DNA from: Planctomycetales bacterium
GTDB lineage: Bacteria > Omnitrophota > Gorgyraeia > Zapsychrales > Zapsychraceae
Assembly: GCA_005239675.1 (NCBI GenBank)
Contig: SBBO01000044.1
Location: 5,408-69,407, forward strand
DNA: 64,000 nucleotides
Direction of reading: 5' to 3'
The position numbers and the translations under genes were made by a program. The notes under the pieces are model-generated. The model saw only the letters and a list, made by a program, of their open reading frames with translations, made no database searches and was not told the origin of the DNA. Of the stretch, positions 19,646 through 29,876 are shown in pieces (positions within the stretch are counted from its first letter, which is position 1; each line of letters opens with the position of its first letter).

Positions 19646-20863
19646 TTAAGCAAACACAGGCATTTTTTTAGGGACAATTACGATCCCCGATGTAGTTAAA
19701 ACAAAACGCTTCCTGTCGAGATTCACATCATAACCTATCTTGGTATAAGGTGGGATGGTTACCTCCTTGTCGATAATCGCATTTTGTATTTGGGCACCTT
19801 CCCCGATGACAACCCCCTCCATGATAACGGAATTCTTGATCCGCGCGCCCTCAGCGACCCTGACGTCCGATGATACAACCGAATACTCGATGTACCCCCC
19901 TTCAATAATACACCCCCCGGCGACCATGGAATTGATAATGGCGCCGTGGCCAGATCTGGTCGTGATGATCCGAACGGGTGGATACTGTTCATGGTAGGTG
20001 CGTATCGGCCAGGTACGGTCGTTGATATTGAACTCATTTTGGGAATTTAATAAATCCATATTGGACTGATAATAGGCATCACGTGTTCCGATGTCACGCC
20101 AATATCTAGGCTGATTATGCTCATCAACAAATCGATGCACATAAATCTTTCTCCCATGGCAGAGCATCTGCGGGATCACATTCTTACCGAAATCATGGTC
20201 GGAATCCGTATTGGCATCATTCTCAAGTTCCTCGATAAGGACATCGCGATTAAAAAGATAAATTCCCATGGAGGCAAGGATCGTGGTGGGATCTCCCGGG
20301 ATCGTCTTAGGGTCCTGAGGTTTCTCCTGAAAACCGCAGACATGATCATTGTCATCGATCTCAACCACGCCAAAATTAACCGAACTCTCCTTCGGAAACG
20401 GGATACAGGCAACCGTGACATCGGCATCTCTGGTCTTGTGATGCTTAATCATATGCTGATAATTCATCCGGTACACGTGATCACCAGCCAAGATCAAGAC
20501 CAATTGCGGATTGTAGTCGTAAAGGGCGTACAGATTTTGATAGATCGCATCGGCCGTTCCCTTATACCAATCAGAGTTGATGCGCTGCTGGGCAGGGACA
20601 ATGTCGATGAACTCTCCTAGCTGGGTGGCAACGATATCCCAGCCCGCCAAGAGATGCTTCTGGAGGGAGAAAGATTTGTATTGGGTAAGGACATAAATGC
20701 GCCGTAGCCCCGAGTTAATACAATTGCTCAAGGTAAAATCGATAATTCGATAAATCCCGCCGAAGGGGACCGCTGGCTTGGTGCGGTCTCGCGTCAGGGG
20801 ATCCAGCCGTTCGCCTCTTCCCCCCGCTAACACAAAGGTCAAAATTTTAGAAATATTATTCAT
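19646..20863 (-). CDS. glgC: glucose-1-phosphate adenylyltransferase
   Basis: 405 aa. Motifs LAGGRGERLDPLTRDRTKPAVPFGG and WYKGTADA, with a C-terminal left-handed beta-helix. Confidence 0.9.
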   Translation of the reverse strand: MNNISKILTFVLAGGRGERLDPLTRDRTKPAVPFGGIYRIIDFTLSNCINSGLRRIYVLTQYKSFSLQKHLLAGWDIVATQLGEFIDIVPAQQRINSDWYKGTADAIYQNLYALYDYNPQLVLILAGDHVYRMNYQHMIKHHKTRDADVTVACIPFPKESSVNFGVVEIDDNDHVCGFQEKPQDPKTIPGDPTTILASMGIYLFNRDVLIEELENDANTDSDHDFGKNVIPQMLCHGRKIYVHRFVDEHNQPRYWRDIGTRDAYYQSNMDLLNSQNEFNINDRTWPIRTYHEQYPPVRIITTRSGHGAIINSMVAGGCIIEGGYIEYSVVSSDVRVAEGARIKNSVIMEGVVIGEGAQIQNAIIDKEVTIPPYTKIGYDVNLDRKRFVLTTSGIVIVPKKMPVFA

Positions 20864-20923
20864 AAAATTATTTTAACAGAACCATATTATAAATTTCCAT
20901 AGGGTATTTTTCAATACAATATC

Positions 20924-23251
20924 TTAATCATTCTTAATCCCCAGCTCTTTTTTGATCTCCTCGTCCTGCGGATTGATCTCGATGGATCGCCGAAATTCCT
21001 CCAAGGCCTTGACCTTATCACCCATCGCTTTATAAGCCAATCCAATTTTTTTATACACCAGCCCCTGATCTTTTTTGGTATCCAAGGCTAGGGCGTAGGC
21101 CTGCTGGGCTATAGCCCAATTCCCCTGCTCAAAGATAACATCACCAACCCCCAGGATATCATTAACATCATCTGGCTGCAAACGATGGGCCTTGCTGAGG
21201 ATTTCAAGTGTCTTGTCATATCGTTTCTCAGAGGCGTATGTCTTTGCCAGAAGAAAATATGCCTGCGGATCCGTCGGCCAGGTCTCAATGATCTTCTGAT
21301 ACTGTTTGATGGCCCCTTTATAATCCTTCAAATCAAAATAACAAAGCGCAAAGTTATGCCGTACCTTCTTGTCTTGCGGCGACTCAAGAGTTGCGATGCG
21401 AAAATGGACGAAGGCCTCCTCGTAATTCTTGCGCTTGGCGTAAATCTTCCCCATCAAATCATAAATCTTGCCGTAGCCGGGCGCGATCTTGACTGCCTCC
21501 TTGGCTTCGGCCAGGGCTGGTTCATCAAGACCCAACGATTCAAGCGTAAAGGCCCGGAAATAATTTGGAAATGGACTAACAGGGCTTGACCCTATCTTCC
21601 TTAAATCGAGAACGCGCGGCTGCCAGAGCGTAAGGTCAATAGCAAACCGATCAATATACGTTTGATTTTCCGGCACCCGGCGCAGCAATACCACCGCATC
21701 ATAGTCAAAATACACGACCACCCAATCTTTATGTGTATAAAAATACTGCAACGTCTTTGCCGGGATGGGCGACCGGATGGAATTCAACAGCGCCCCGGTA
21801 ATATTGTATTTTTGAATGATCGATTCTAATAACGGCGCATCGCCCTCATCCCACAGCTTGAGGTACTGTTCAAAAAATTGGGCACCGTAAACCTCGGTAC
21901 GACCATCAATAAACACCTTGATATCAGGGAAGGCGCGGCCAATCAGATAAGCCCCGGAGTTAAAATCATTAAAAAAATTACCACGGATACGATGGGCGAC
22001 CAAAAAATCAAGCGCCTTATTCGGATAATTTCTCTGGGAAATCCCGCCGAATTCACTTTTACGTTCATATTTGTCGAAATCATAATAACCGTTGAGGGTC
22101 ATTCCTTGTACGTCTTGCAAGAGCCATATCAAAAACAATAATTTCATGACCGCTGAAGTCAGGTGCATAAATCTTTTCTTGGTGAATCTAAACGGAATAA
22201 CGTCCTTAGGCGAGATGGTCAAGAGATTGGTCATAATGACCAAATATGCCGCCAAGGCAAAAAAGGCGATATTGCGCGCGGCCTTAAGCGAAAAGATCAA
22301 GAAGACAAGCCAGAATAAAAGGGCGCTTATATCAAGGCGCCGACGATTAAGCACAAACGTTACCAGCGATATCAAAATTAAAAGCTTGTAGTAGGTAAAC
22401 TCATTGTTGGCAAAGATGTTATCCAACGCCAGGGGGCGTTGTAATTCCTGGATGTGCTGAAAGAATATTTTATTCTCACCAGCTAGCGAAAAAAAGACAC
22501 GCAGGGGGTACCACGCCCCCTCCCAGGTGTGAGGATTAATGAAGCAGGCAGCTACAACCAAGACAAAAGTAAATTTCAACCGATGATACTCTTCGTTAAC
22601 AAGGCGCCCTGAGGTGGCCCATTCATAAGGAAGCAGGGCGTGGCGCCTAAGCCATTCAGCAATCAGACCAATCAGGACAAAGAGTGGGCCAAAAAAGAAA
22701 AATCCATGTATATTCGTCCAAAGGACCTGGCTGATCAAGAGCACCAACGGTACCCACCTTTTGTCGATATGAAAAGAAAGTATAAAAATATAGAATGTTA
22801 AAAAAAACAGACTGTAAATATCAGGGCGTATGGTAAACCGTTGACTATACACCATCCCAACGAGATACAGCACAAAAATCAGCATCGACTGCTTATCTTT
22901 GTTGTATCCAAGGACAAGGAGGAGAAACATCGTCAGCGTCACCATAACGACCTGCATCTGAATCATTCCCTCAGGCCCCCAGGCCTGAAAGATATTGTAT
23001 ACAATGACCTGAAAGAGCCATTCATGGTTAACCCACGGTGTCCCGACAATGCTACAGGAGAGGATGTCATGCAATGGAATGATACCGTGAAGCGTAATAA
23101 ACCGTCCAACGCCGATATGAAGCCACAGGTCAAGGTCTTTTATTTCAATATGGGCCAGATAATAGACCAGTCCGAAAATCGCCCCCAGCGGTAAGAGTCC
23201 GACCCAATAACTGAACTTTCTCCAGAAATTATCGCTCATCGATGTTCTCAT
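20924..23251 (-). CDS. polytopic membrane protein (GT-C-like N-terminal domain, unverified) with C-terminal TPR repeats
   Basis: About 775 aa. The first ~400 aa contain more than 10 predicted TM helices. The C-terminal ~230 aa are tandem TPR-like repeats (AEAKEAVKIAPGYGKIYDLMGKIYAKRKNYEEA and following). Start is the ATG at 23251 or 23239, just after the oppF stop. Confidence 0.5.
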   Translation of the reverse strand: MRTSMSDNFWRKFSYWVGLLPLGAIFGLVYYLAHIEIKDLDLWLHIGVGRFITLHGIIPLHDILSCSIVGTPWVNHEWLFQVIVYNIFQAWGPEGMIQMQVVMVTLTMFLLLVLGYNKDKQSMLIFVLYLVGMVYSQRFTIRPDIYSLFFLTFYIFILSFHIDKRWVPLVLLISQVLWTNIHGFFFFGPLFVLIGLIAEWLRRHALLPYEWATSGRLVNEEYHRLKFTFVLVVAACFINPHTWEGAWYPLRVFFSLAGENKIFFQHIQELQRPLALDNIFANNEFTYYKLLILISLVTFVLNRRRLDISALLFWLVFLIFSLKAARNIAFFALAAYLVIMTNLLTISPKDVIPFRFTKKRFMHLTSAVMKLLFLIWLLQDVQGMTLNGYYDFDKYERKSEFGGISQRNYPNKALDFLVAHRIRGNFFNDFNSGAYLIGRAFPDIKVFIDGRTEVYGAQFFEQYLKLWDEGDAPLLESIIQKYNITGALLNSIRSPIPAKTLQYFYTHKDWVVVYFDYDAVVLLRRVPENQTYIDRFAIDLTLWQPRVLDLRKIGSSPVSPFPNYFRAFTLESLGLDEPALAEAKEAVKIAPGYGKIYDLMGKIYAKRKNYEEAFVHFRIATLESPQDKKVRHNFALCYFDLKDYKGAIKQYQKIIETWPTDPQAYFLLAKTYASEKRYDKTLEILSKAHRLQPDDVNDILGVGDVIFEQGNWAIAQQAYALALDTKKDQGLVYKKIGLAYKAMGDKVKALEEFRRSIEINPQDEEIKKELGIKND

Positions 23252-23252
23252 C

Positions 23253-24125
23253 TTACCCTTCCATAACAAAGTGGCCAGACCCATGGTCAACCAAGTGGGT
23301 GGTGTGCTTAGAGGTAATGGGCCTTTCCCCTGAACTCACTCGATAGTCGATGGCCGCGGCCAACAGTTCTTTGGTATAGGGGTGCAACGGATTACCCAAG
23401 AGTTCCTGGGTGGGGGCTGATTCAACAATCCTGCCTTGATACATCACGGCAATCCGGTGGCTTATCTTCGCTACGACACGCAAATTATGAGAAATAAAAA
23501 GATAACTAACAGGAAACGTTGTCTGCAATCCTGTCAGGAGTTTGAGGATCTGCCCCTGGATTAAGACATCCAGTGAGGAGACAACCTCATCTAAGATCAG
23601 CAGCTGCGGGCTGAGCATGAGGGCGCGGGCAATCGCGATGCGCTGACGCTCCCCACCGGAAAACTCATGGGGGAAGCGATCGGCCACGGATTCATTTAAC
23701 CCCACAGCGACCAGTAATTGACGAGTGCGCTCCCAGCGTTGAGCAACGGTAGGATACCGTGCCCCTTCTAATGACAGGGCCTCCTCCAAAATCCGGCGCA
23801 CCGTCCATCGTGGATCGAGGCTGCTGTAGGGATCCTGGAAGACCATCTGCATTGACTTGCGGTAAGGACGAAATTGGTGGTGACCCATGGACGTAATATC
23901 GTATCCGTTGAAAATAATGGTCCCACAGTCGGGAGTGATCAACTTTAAAATAATCCTCCCCAGCGTCGTCTTGCCACAACCGGACTCACCAACCAAGCCT
24001 AAATTCTCGCCAGCCTTAAGGGTAAGATCCACGCCGTTAACCGCCTTAACAGGGGATGGTCGTGTCTTCCAATGACCGCCGGCAACCGAAAAAAACTTTT
24101 GAACGTCTTTTAGCTCCAGGAGCAT
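23253..24125 (-). CDS. oppF: peptide/nickel-type ABC transporter ATP-binding protein
   Basis: 290 aa. Walker A GESGCGKTT, signature FSGGERQRIAIARAL, and Walker B LILDEVVSSLD. Confidence 0.85.
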   Translation of the reverse strand: MLLELKDVQKFFSVAGGHWKTRPSPVKAVNGVDLTLKAGENLGLVGESGCGKTTLGRIILKLITPDCGTIIFNGYDITSMGHHQFRPYRKSMQMVFQDPYSSLDPRWTVRRILEEALSLEGARYPTVAQRWERTRQLLVAVGLNESVADRFPHEFSGGERQRIAIARALMLSPQLLILDEVVSSLDVLIQGQILKLLTGLQTTFPVSYLFISHNLRVVAKISHRIAVMYQGRIVESAPTQELLGNPLHPYTKELLAAAIDYRVSSGERPITSKHTTHLVDHGSGHFVMEG

Positions 24126-24129
24126 AATT

Positions 24130-24912
24130 TTAAACGGCCTCCAGCAAGGCCTGTGTATACGGATGCTGTGGATTGGCCAATACTGTCTTGGTCGCCCCCG
24201 CCTCCACTACCTTCCCTTCCCTCATGACCACAACACGGTCAGCCATATGGGCAACCATCCCCAGATCATGAGTAATTAAAATGATGGATAATTTCAGCTG
24301 ATCTTTTAAATGCCGAAATAGGTCAATAATCCTTGCCTGTAGGCTCACATCGAGATTGCTAGTTGGCTCATCAGCGATAATTAATTGTGGATTAACAGCA
24401 ATCGCCTGGGCAATCATCGCGCGCTGGCGCATGCCACCGCTCAATTGATGAGGATAATAACGCACCACCCGCTTAGGGTCGGGCAACCCGACTATTTCCA
24501 AAAGGTGCAAGACCTTTTCTCGACGTTGCGATGCATTTAAAAAACTATGAAACCGTAGAACTTCCTCGATCTGATAACCAACGGAAAAAACAGGATTGAA
24601 CGCCTGCAATGGCTCCTGAAAGACCATCCCAATATCTTTACCGCGAATCAAGCGCATGTCTTTAGAGGAAATCCCAAAAAGCTCTTTACCGGCAAAAAGG
24701 ATCCGACCGCGCGTGACAACCAAGCCTAGCGGCAGCAGCCGAAGAATAGCAAGGCCCATGGTGGTCTTCCCGCTTCCAGAACCGCCCACCAAGGCCGTGA
24801 TGCTTAACGCTGGTACACCCAAATGCGCATCATCCAATAATGTCTTGGTCTGGCCCGCCACCGATACCGTTACCGTCAAATGATGCACCGCCAGTAAATC
24901 ATGAGCAACCAT
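24130..24912 (-). CDS. oppD: peptide/nickel-type ABC transporter ATP-binding protein
   Basis: 260 aa. Walker A GGSGSGKTT, signature LSGGMRQRAMIAQAI, and Walker B IIADEPTSNLD. Confidence 0.85.
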   Translation of the reverse strand: MVAHDLLAVHHLTVTVSVAGQTKTLLDDAHLGVPALSITALVGGSGSGKTTMGLAILRLLPLGLVVTRGRILFAGKELFGISSKDMRLIRGKDIGMVFQEPLQAFNPVFSVGYQIEEVLRFHSFLNASQRREKVLHLLEIVGLPDPKRVVRYYPHQLSGGMRQRAMIAQAIAVNPQLIIADEPTSNLDVSLQARIIDLFRHLKDQLKLSIILITHDLGMVAHMADRVVVMREGKVVEAGATKTVLANPQHPYTQALLEAV

Positions 24913-26013
24913 TTATTGCCGCATCTCCTCTCCTTTAAGAAGCGGATCAAAGCAATCGCGTAAGGCATCACCGATGACATTAAAACAGACGACCGTCAAA
25001 AAGATAAAGAACGCCGGCCACAGGATCCATGGTGCAAATTGAATCCGCACGATGCTCATGGCGTCGCTGAGCATATTCCCCCAGCTCGCGTAAGGGTCTT
25101 CAATGCCCAATCCAATTAGACTCAAACCAGATTCACCTAGGATGTATCCAGGAATAGAAAGCATAACAGCGAAAATCGAATAGGATAGTGTGTGCGGCAG
25201 GACGTGGTGTGCGATAATCTTGATATCCGAGACTCCCAAGGCCCTAGCCGCCAGGACATATTCCCTCTCCCGCAGCGACAAACACATCCCCCGGATAATC
25301 CGTGCTAATCCCGCCCATCCTATAAACGATAGGATGATGATAATAGCGAAATAGACTTGCAGTGAGTTGAAATCATCCGGCACCGCCGCGCGTAACGCCA
25401 ACAAAAGATAAAATCCCGGCACCATCATCACCATCTCGCACAACCGCATCAAGACGTTATCGATCGTACCCCCATAATAACCGGCGATACCCCCCACCAG
25501 CAAGCCAATTATAAAAGAAATTAAGACCCCCAATGGCCCAATCGAGAGCGAGACCTGCGCACCATATAAAAGCCGCGAAAACAGATCACGCCCTCGGGCA
25601 TCGGCCCCCAAGAGATAAATCCGGCCGGGATAATCCACGCCGAACAGATGATATCGGCATGGAAAAATCCCCAGCCAACGGTACTCATCGCCCTTGACTA
25701 AAAACTTAATTGGATATTTTATCGTGGGATCAATCGTATAGACCCGCGCATTATATTCATTAAACGTCAATTGCGTGGCCAAGGCCTGTGGCCATACCGA
25801 CCTTCCGTTCTTGGACCATTGGATCGGGGTCGGCGGGGCATAAGAATAGTTCCGGTCCTCATTGTGGAATGAATATGGTGCCAAAAATCCTGCCCCTAAG
25901 GTAGCGGCATAGAGAATCAAGAGCGCATACACGCACCAGACCGCGAGGCGGTTGCGGGTGAAACGTCGCAGCGCCAATTGAAATTCACTCAGAGGTAACC
26001 TATCTTTTTTCAT
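24913..26013 (-). CDS. oppC: peptide/nickel-type ABC transporter permease
   Basis: BPD_transp_1 core with the EAA-like loop AARALGVSDIKIIAHHVLPH. ATG at 26013 (MKKDRLPL), or the listed start at 26040. Confidence 0.85.
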   Translation of the reverse strand: MKKDRLPLSEFQLALRRFTRNRLAVWCVYALLILYAATLGAGFLAPYSFHNEDRNYSYAPPTPIQWSKNGRSVWPQALATQLTFNEYNARVYTIDPTIKYPIKFLVKGDEYRWLGIFPCRYHLFGVDYPGRIYLLGADARGRDLFSRLLYGAQVSLSIGPLGVLISFIIGLLVGGIAGYYGGTIDNVLMRLCEMVMMVPGFYLLLALRAAVPDDFNSLQVYFAIIIILSFIGWAGLARIIRGMCLSLREREYVLAARALGVSDIKIIAHHVLPHTLSYSIFAVMLSIPGYILGESGLSLIGLGIEDPYASWGNMLSDAMSIVRIQFAPWILWPAFFIFLTVVCFNVIGDALRDCFDPLLKGEEMRQ

Positions 26014-26971
26014 AGCGAATCCGTGGATCGGTCTTGGCAAGGACGATATCAGCCAATAAATTCCCGATAATAAATAGGATGCTGCCCATCATCATGCTCG
26101 CCATGACTAGATACACATCTTTGGAACGTACCGCCGTCAGTAAGAGAGACCCCAATCCGGGCCAGCTGCAGATAATCTCAATTAAGGCCGCGCCGCTTAA
26201 AAGAGACGCAAATTCATAACCCAACAGCGTAATCAATGGATTGATGGCATTGCGCAGCGCATGAGAATAAATAACCCGGTTCTCCGGTAATCCCTTGGCC
26301 CGGGCAGTCATGATATACTGCTGCCCTAAAACCTCCAGCATATTACCGCGCATAATCCGTTGCAAGGCGGCGATGGACCCAATCGATAGGGCTAATGTTG
26401 GGATTGCAAGATGTCTTAAGACATCTTGCATTTTCCCCAACATCGAGAGCCTTTCATGATTAGGACTATACATCCCACCCAAGGGCAAGATGCCTGTTTG
26501 ACTCGCCCAATACAAAAAAATCATCGCCAGAAAAAAACTCGGTAAGGACAAGGCGATATACGAAAAAAACTGGACACTGCGATCGACCCAACGGTTGCGA
26601 TTTAATGCCGCCCCTATTCCTAAAGGAATCGCAATACCCCAAGTCACCAACAGCGCGGCCAACGAAAGGGCGAAGGTATTCCATAGGCGCTCACCGATAA
26701 TCTTATACACCGGCACATGATAATGAAAAGAATACCCCAGCTCAAGACGTAGGAGATTGCACACCCAAGAGACATATTGATGAACAAGCGATTTGTCCAG
26801 CTGATACAACGCCTCGTATCGCGCAATGGTCTCTTGAGAAAATTGTGGGTCCATGCGCATTGTATCCAAATAATTACCTGGGGTCAGGCGCATCAGCACA
26901 AACGTCAATAAGGTTATCCCCAAGAGCATGGGGATAGCCAATAATAACCGTTTTAAGGCATAACGCCCCAT
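26000..26971 (-). CDS. oppB: peptide/nickel-type ABC transporter permease
   Basis: 323 aa. Starts MGRYALKRLLLAIPMLLGITLLTFVLMRLTPG, with the EAA loop TARAKGLPENRVIYSHALRNA. Confidence 0.85.
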   Translation of the reverse strand: MGRYALKRLLLAIPMLLGITLLTFVLMRLTPGNYLDTMRMDPQFSQETIARYEALYQLDKSLVHQYVSWVCNLLRLELGYSFHYHVPVYKIIGERLWNTFALSLAALLVTWGIAIPLGIGAALNRNRWVDRSVQFFSYIALSLPSFFLAMIFLYWASQTGILPLGGMYSPNHERLSMLGKMQDVLRHLAIPTLALSIGSIAALQRIMRGNMLEVLGQQYIMTARAKGLPENRVIYSHALRNAINPLITLLGYEFASLLSGAALIEIICSWPGLGSLLLTAVRSKDVYLVMASMMMGSILFIIGNLLADIVLAKTDPRIRYEKR

Positions 26972-28708
26972 TTAACGATATTCCTCCTTGATATAGATTG
27001 CCTCAAGATTATGCACTATCCCGCCATAGTTAGTTGGTTTCAAGTTGCCAAATTTATTACGCACGGCATAAAGCCGTGCGCCCAACACGGTATAGATGAG
27101 AGGTAATTGGCGCGCGACAATCTGCTGGTATTCATCGTAGAGTGCCTTACGTTTATTTTCCTCGAGCTCCTGGACGCCCTGTGTAAAAATCGCATCAATT
27201 CTTTTCTCCCAAGCAGTCGCCGGCTGTTGTTGCATGGGATGCCACATATGGAGCTGTCCCGAGGACATCCAGACGTTGTTGCCAAAATGCGGTTCAATGC
27301 CACCCGTCAACCCTAAGATCATCGCCTCCCAATCATAGCTGGATGTTAATTTACTGACCAACGTATTAAATTCTAGTGATCGGAAATTGATCTTCATCCC
27401 TAAACGCTCCAAATCTTCCCGGATGATGCCAGCGATGTCCAGCCGCTCGGTGTTGCCGGCGTTCGTGTACAGGTTAAATTCCACCCGGTTGCCCTGTGGG
27501 TCTTCAATCAATCCATCAGTGTTACGATCAATAAAACCAATAGATGCTAAGATCTCTCTGGCCTTATCTGGATTATAATCATATTCTTCTACCAACGGAT
27601 TATAGAAAAATCCTGACGCCGGCCCCATGGCGGAATGCTGCGGATAGCCCAAGTTGTTATGAACAATCTCGATAATTTTTTGTTTGTCAATCGCATGGGC
27701 CACGGCACGACGAAAATCACGATGCGTAAACCAGGCTAATTTATAAGGGGTGACAAAATCTTGTCCTGTCTTTAGATTCTTGCCGGAATTTTGATTAAAA
27801 AACAGAAACTGGCTTCCCATATCGGGCCCTAGGTCATAGACCGTGAAATTCCCTTTTTGTTCCAATGGTTTCATCAATGGATAGTCCATGCCCCTTAGGC
27901 TATAAATGTCTAAGGCCCCTTCCATAAATTTCAGCAAACCCACATCGGTATTAGGGACAATAAGATAAATAATCTTTTCTAGATACGGTAAGGAGTCGCC
28001 CTCCGGCGATTTCTTCCAATAATGGGGATTTCTTACAAAAACCAGGCGCTGGCCAGGATCATAACGGACCAGTTGAAATGGTCCAGTGCCGACAATCTCC
28101 CGCGGTGGCGCATCAATCCCCCATGTAAAATTAAACCGGCCTTCCTTAACCGCCTGTTCCAATTTGTGCCGTGGCAGGATTGCCTGGGACATGCCTCGCG
28201 CAAACACAGCGAATTTAACTGGCAACCTAAAGCGGACAGTATAATCATCGATTTTCTCAACCTCAAAGATCTTGTCATCAATGGTGAAGATATCACGCGC
28301 TGAACTCGGGATGTCAGGATTATAAATCAGATCATTAAATGTAAAGACGACGTCATCGGCACTGAATGGCTTACCGTCGTTCCAACGTACGTCCCGGCGC
28401 AGATGAAACGTCCATATCAGGCCGTCGTCGCTTATTTCCCATGATTGAGCAAGATTGGGCTCCACTTGAGTGGTGAAGGCATTGGTCGTAGTCAATCCCT
28501 CAAAAATAAGATCAGTGACGATAGTCGTCGAACTCTCTTTAGCAATAATATCGTTAAATGACTTGGGATCGGAGGTAGTGGCCAAGACGAGCTCTCCACC
28601 ATGGCGACTAGGAGAACGCGTTGGTTGTGCCGATGCAGGCGAGAAGATAAAAACAACCAAAGAGATAACGAAGGCTTGTGTTTTAAGAGAAAAAAATTTT
28701 CTCTTCAA
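26972..28708 (-). CDS. oppA: ABC transporter substrate-binding protein, family 5 (oligopeptide/nickel type)
   Basis: 578 aa. Has a signal peptide and SBP_bac_5-like architecture. Adjacent to the four transporter genes with 0-4 nt gaps. Confidence 0.8.
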   Translation of the reverse strand: MKRKFFSLKTQAFVISLVVFIFSPASAQPTRSPSRHGGELVLATTSDPKSFNDIIAKESSTTIVTDLIFEGLTTTNAFTTQVEPNLAQSWEISDDGLIWTFHLRRDVRWNDGKPFSADDVVFTFNDLIYNPDIPSSARDIFTIDDKIFEVEKIDDYTVRFRLPVKFAVFARGMSQAILPRHKLEQAVKEGRFNFTWGIDAPPREIVGTGPFQLVRYDPGQRLVFVRNPHYWKKSPEGDSLPYLEKIIYLIVPNTDVGLLKFMEGALDIYSLRGMDYPLMKPLEQKGNFTVYDLGPDMGSQFLFFNQNSGKNLKTGQDFVTPYKLAWFTHRDFRRAVAHAIDKQKIIEIVHNNLGYPQHSAMGPASGFFYNPLVEEYDYNPDKAREILASIGFIDRNTDGLIEDPQGNRVEFNLYTNAGNTERLDIAGIIREDLERLGMKINFRSLEFNTLVSKLTSSYDWEAMILGLTGGIEPHFGNNVWMSSGQLHMWHPMQQQPATAWEKRIDAIFTQGVQELEENKRKALYDEYQQIVARQLPLIYTVLGARLYAVRNKFGNLKPTNYGGIVHNLEAIYIKEEYR

Positions 28709-28712
28709 GGCA

Positions 28713-29099
28713 TTAAGGGCCTGGGCTTGGTTCTGGTTGCGCTAAAGGTGCCTGCGATGTTGAAGGGGCAGGCTGCAAGGGGGCCTTCTCCACCACTGGC
28801 GTATTCGAGATCGGTGGTTCGGTTGCTGCTGGCGCCGACACTGGAGGTATTGCCTGATTTGCCATTAATGATTGCTTTCTTTGAGAAGAAAGGATCACCA
28901 GCCCCAGGCAGGTCACCAGAAAAAGTGTAGCTAATACCGTCGTTGTCCTGACCATAAAAATGTTAGTCTTGGCGCCAAAAATTGATTCAGCCGAGGCAAA
29001 CCCCTCCGTTAAACCCCCGCGCCGGCCAGATTGCATCAGGATAACAATAATAAGAAAAATACAGACGACAACTTGAATGACTGTCAAGAATCCGATCAT
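28713..29099 (-). CDS. secG: preprotein translocase subunit SecG with Pro-rich C-terminal tail
   Basis: 128 aa. Starts MIGFLTVIQVVVCIFLIIVILMQSGRRGG and has a second TM helix. The C-terminal ~55 aa are rich in P, A and S. Confidence 0.85.
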   Translation of the reverse strand: MIGFLTVIQVVVCIFLIIVILMQSGRRGGLTEGFASAESIFGAKTNIFMVRTTTVLATLFLVTCLGLVILSSQRKQSLMANQAIPPVSAPAATEPPISNTPVVEKAPLQPAPSTSQAPLAQPEPSPGP

Positions 29100-29108
29100 A
29101 GAAAGTTC

Positions 29109-29876
29109 CTATTTTAAGATGCCAGAAGAATTTCTAACAATTTGGATAAACGTGTCGGCCTTTAAGCTCGCGCCTCCCACGAGTGCCCCATCGATATCTG
29201 GCTGAGCCATCAATTCCGCGATATTCTCAGGCTTGACGCTTCCGCCGTATTGAATGCGTATTGTCATGGCGACCTTGTCCTGATACATCTTAACCAACCA
29301 CCGACGAATGAATTGATGGACCTCCTGGGCCTGTTGGGGAGTCGCGGTCTTGCCTGTGCCAATCGCCCACACCGGCTCGTAGGCGATAATAATCTTCTTT
29401 ATCTCCTCGGCAGTTAATCCGGCCAATGATTCCTTGCACTGGGTTTCGATTGTGTCAAAAGTTTTATTGCCTTCCCGCTCTTGCAGCACTTCACCGACAC
29501 AGACAATCGGTGTTAAACCGTAGCGTAAGGCAGCACAAATCTTTTTGTTCACCGTTTGATTAGTCTCCCCGAACAATTGCCGCCGCTCGGAATGGCCAAC
29601 AATGACATACTTAACGCCAAGCTCTTTTAAGAGCGGCGCCGAGACCTCTCCGGTAAAGGCCCCGGAATCCTCCCAATACAAGTCCTGCGCGCCAACAGCG
29701 ATATTAGATTCAAAGAGTACATCATGAACAACAGGAATAGCGGTGAATACAGGACATACCACAATATCTAGCTCGGTTAGGTCGATAAAGACATTGCGCA
29801 AGGCCGTGACTAGCGCGACGGCCTCTTTTTCGGTATTGTTTAACTTCCAGTTCCCAGCGATAATCGACCTTCTCAT
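29109..29876 (-). CDS. tpiA: triose-phosphate isomerase
   Basis: 255 aa. Motifs IAGNWKLN, VIVGHSERR and AYEPVWAIGTG. Confidence 0.93.
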   Translation of the reverse strand: MRRSIIAGNWKLNNTEKEAVALVTALRNVFIDLTELDIVVCPVFTAIPVVHDVLFESNIAVGAQDLYWEDSGAFTGEVSAPLLKELGVKYVIVGHSERRQLFGETNQTVNKKICAALRYGLTPIVCVGEVLQEREGNKTFDTIETQCKESLAGLTAEEIKKIIIAYEPVWAIGTGKTATPQQAQEVHQFIRRWLVKMYQDKVAMTIRIQYGGSVKPENIAELMAQPDIDGALVGGASLKADTFIQIVRNSSGILK

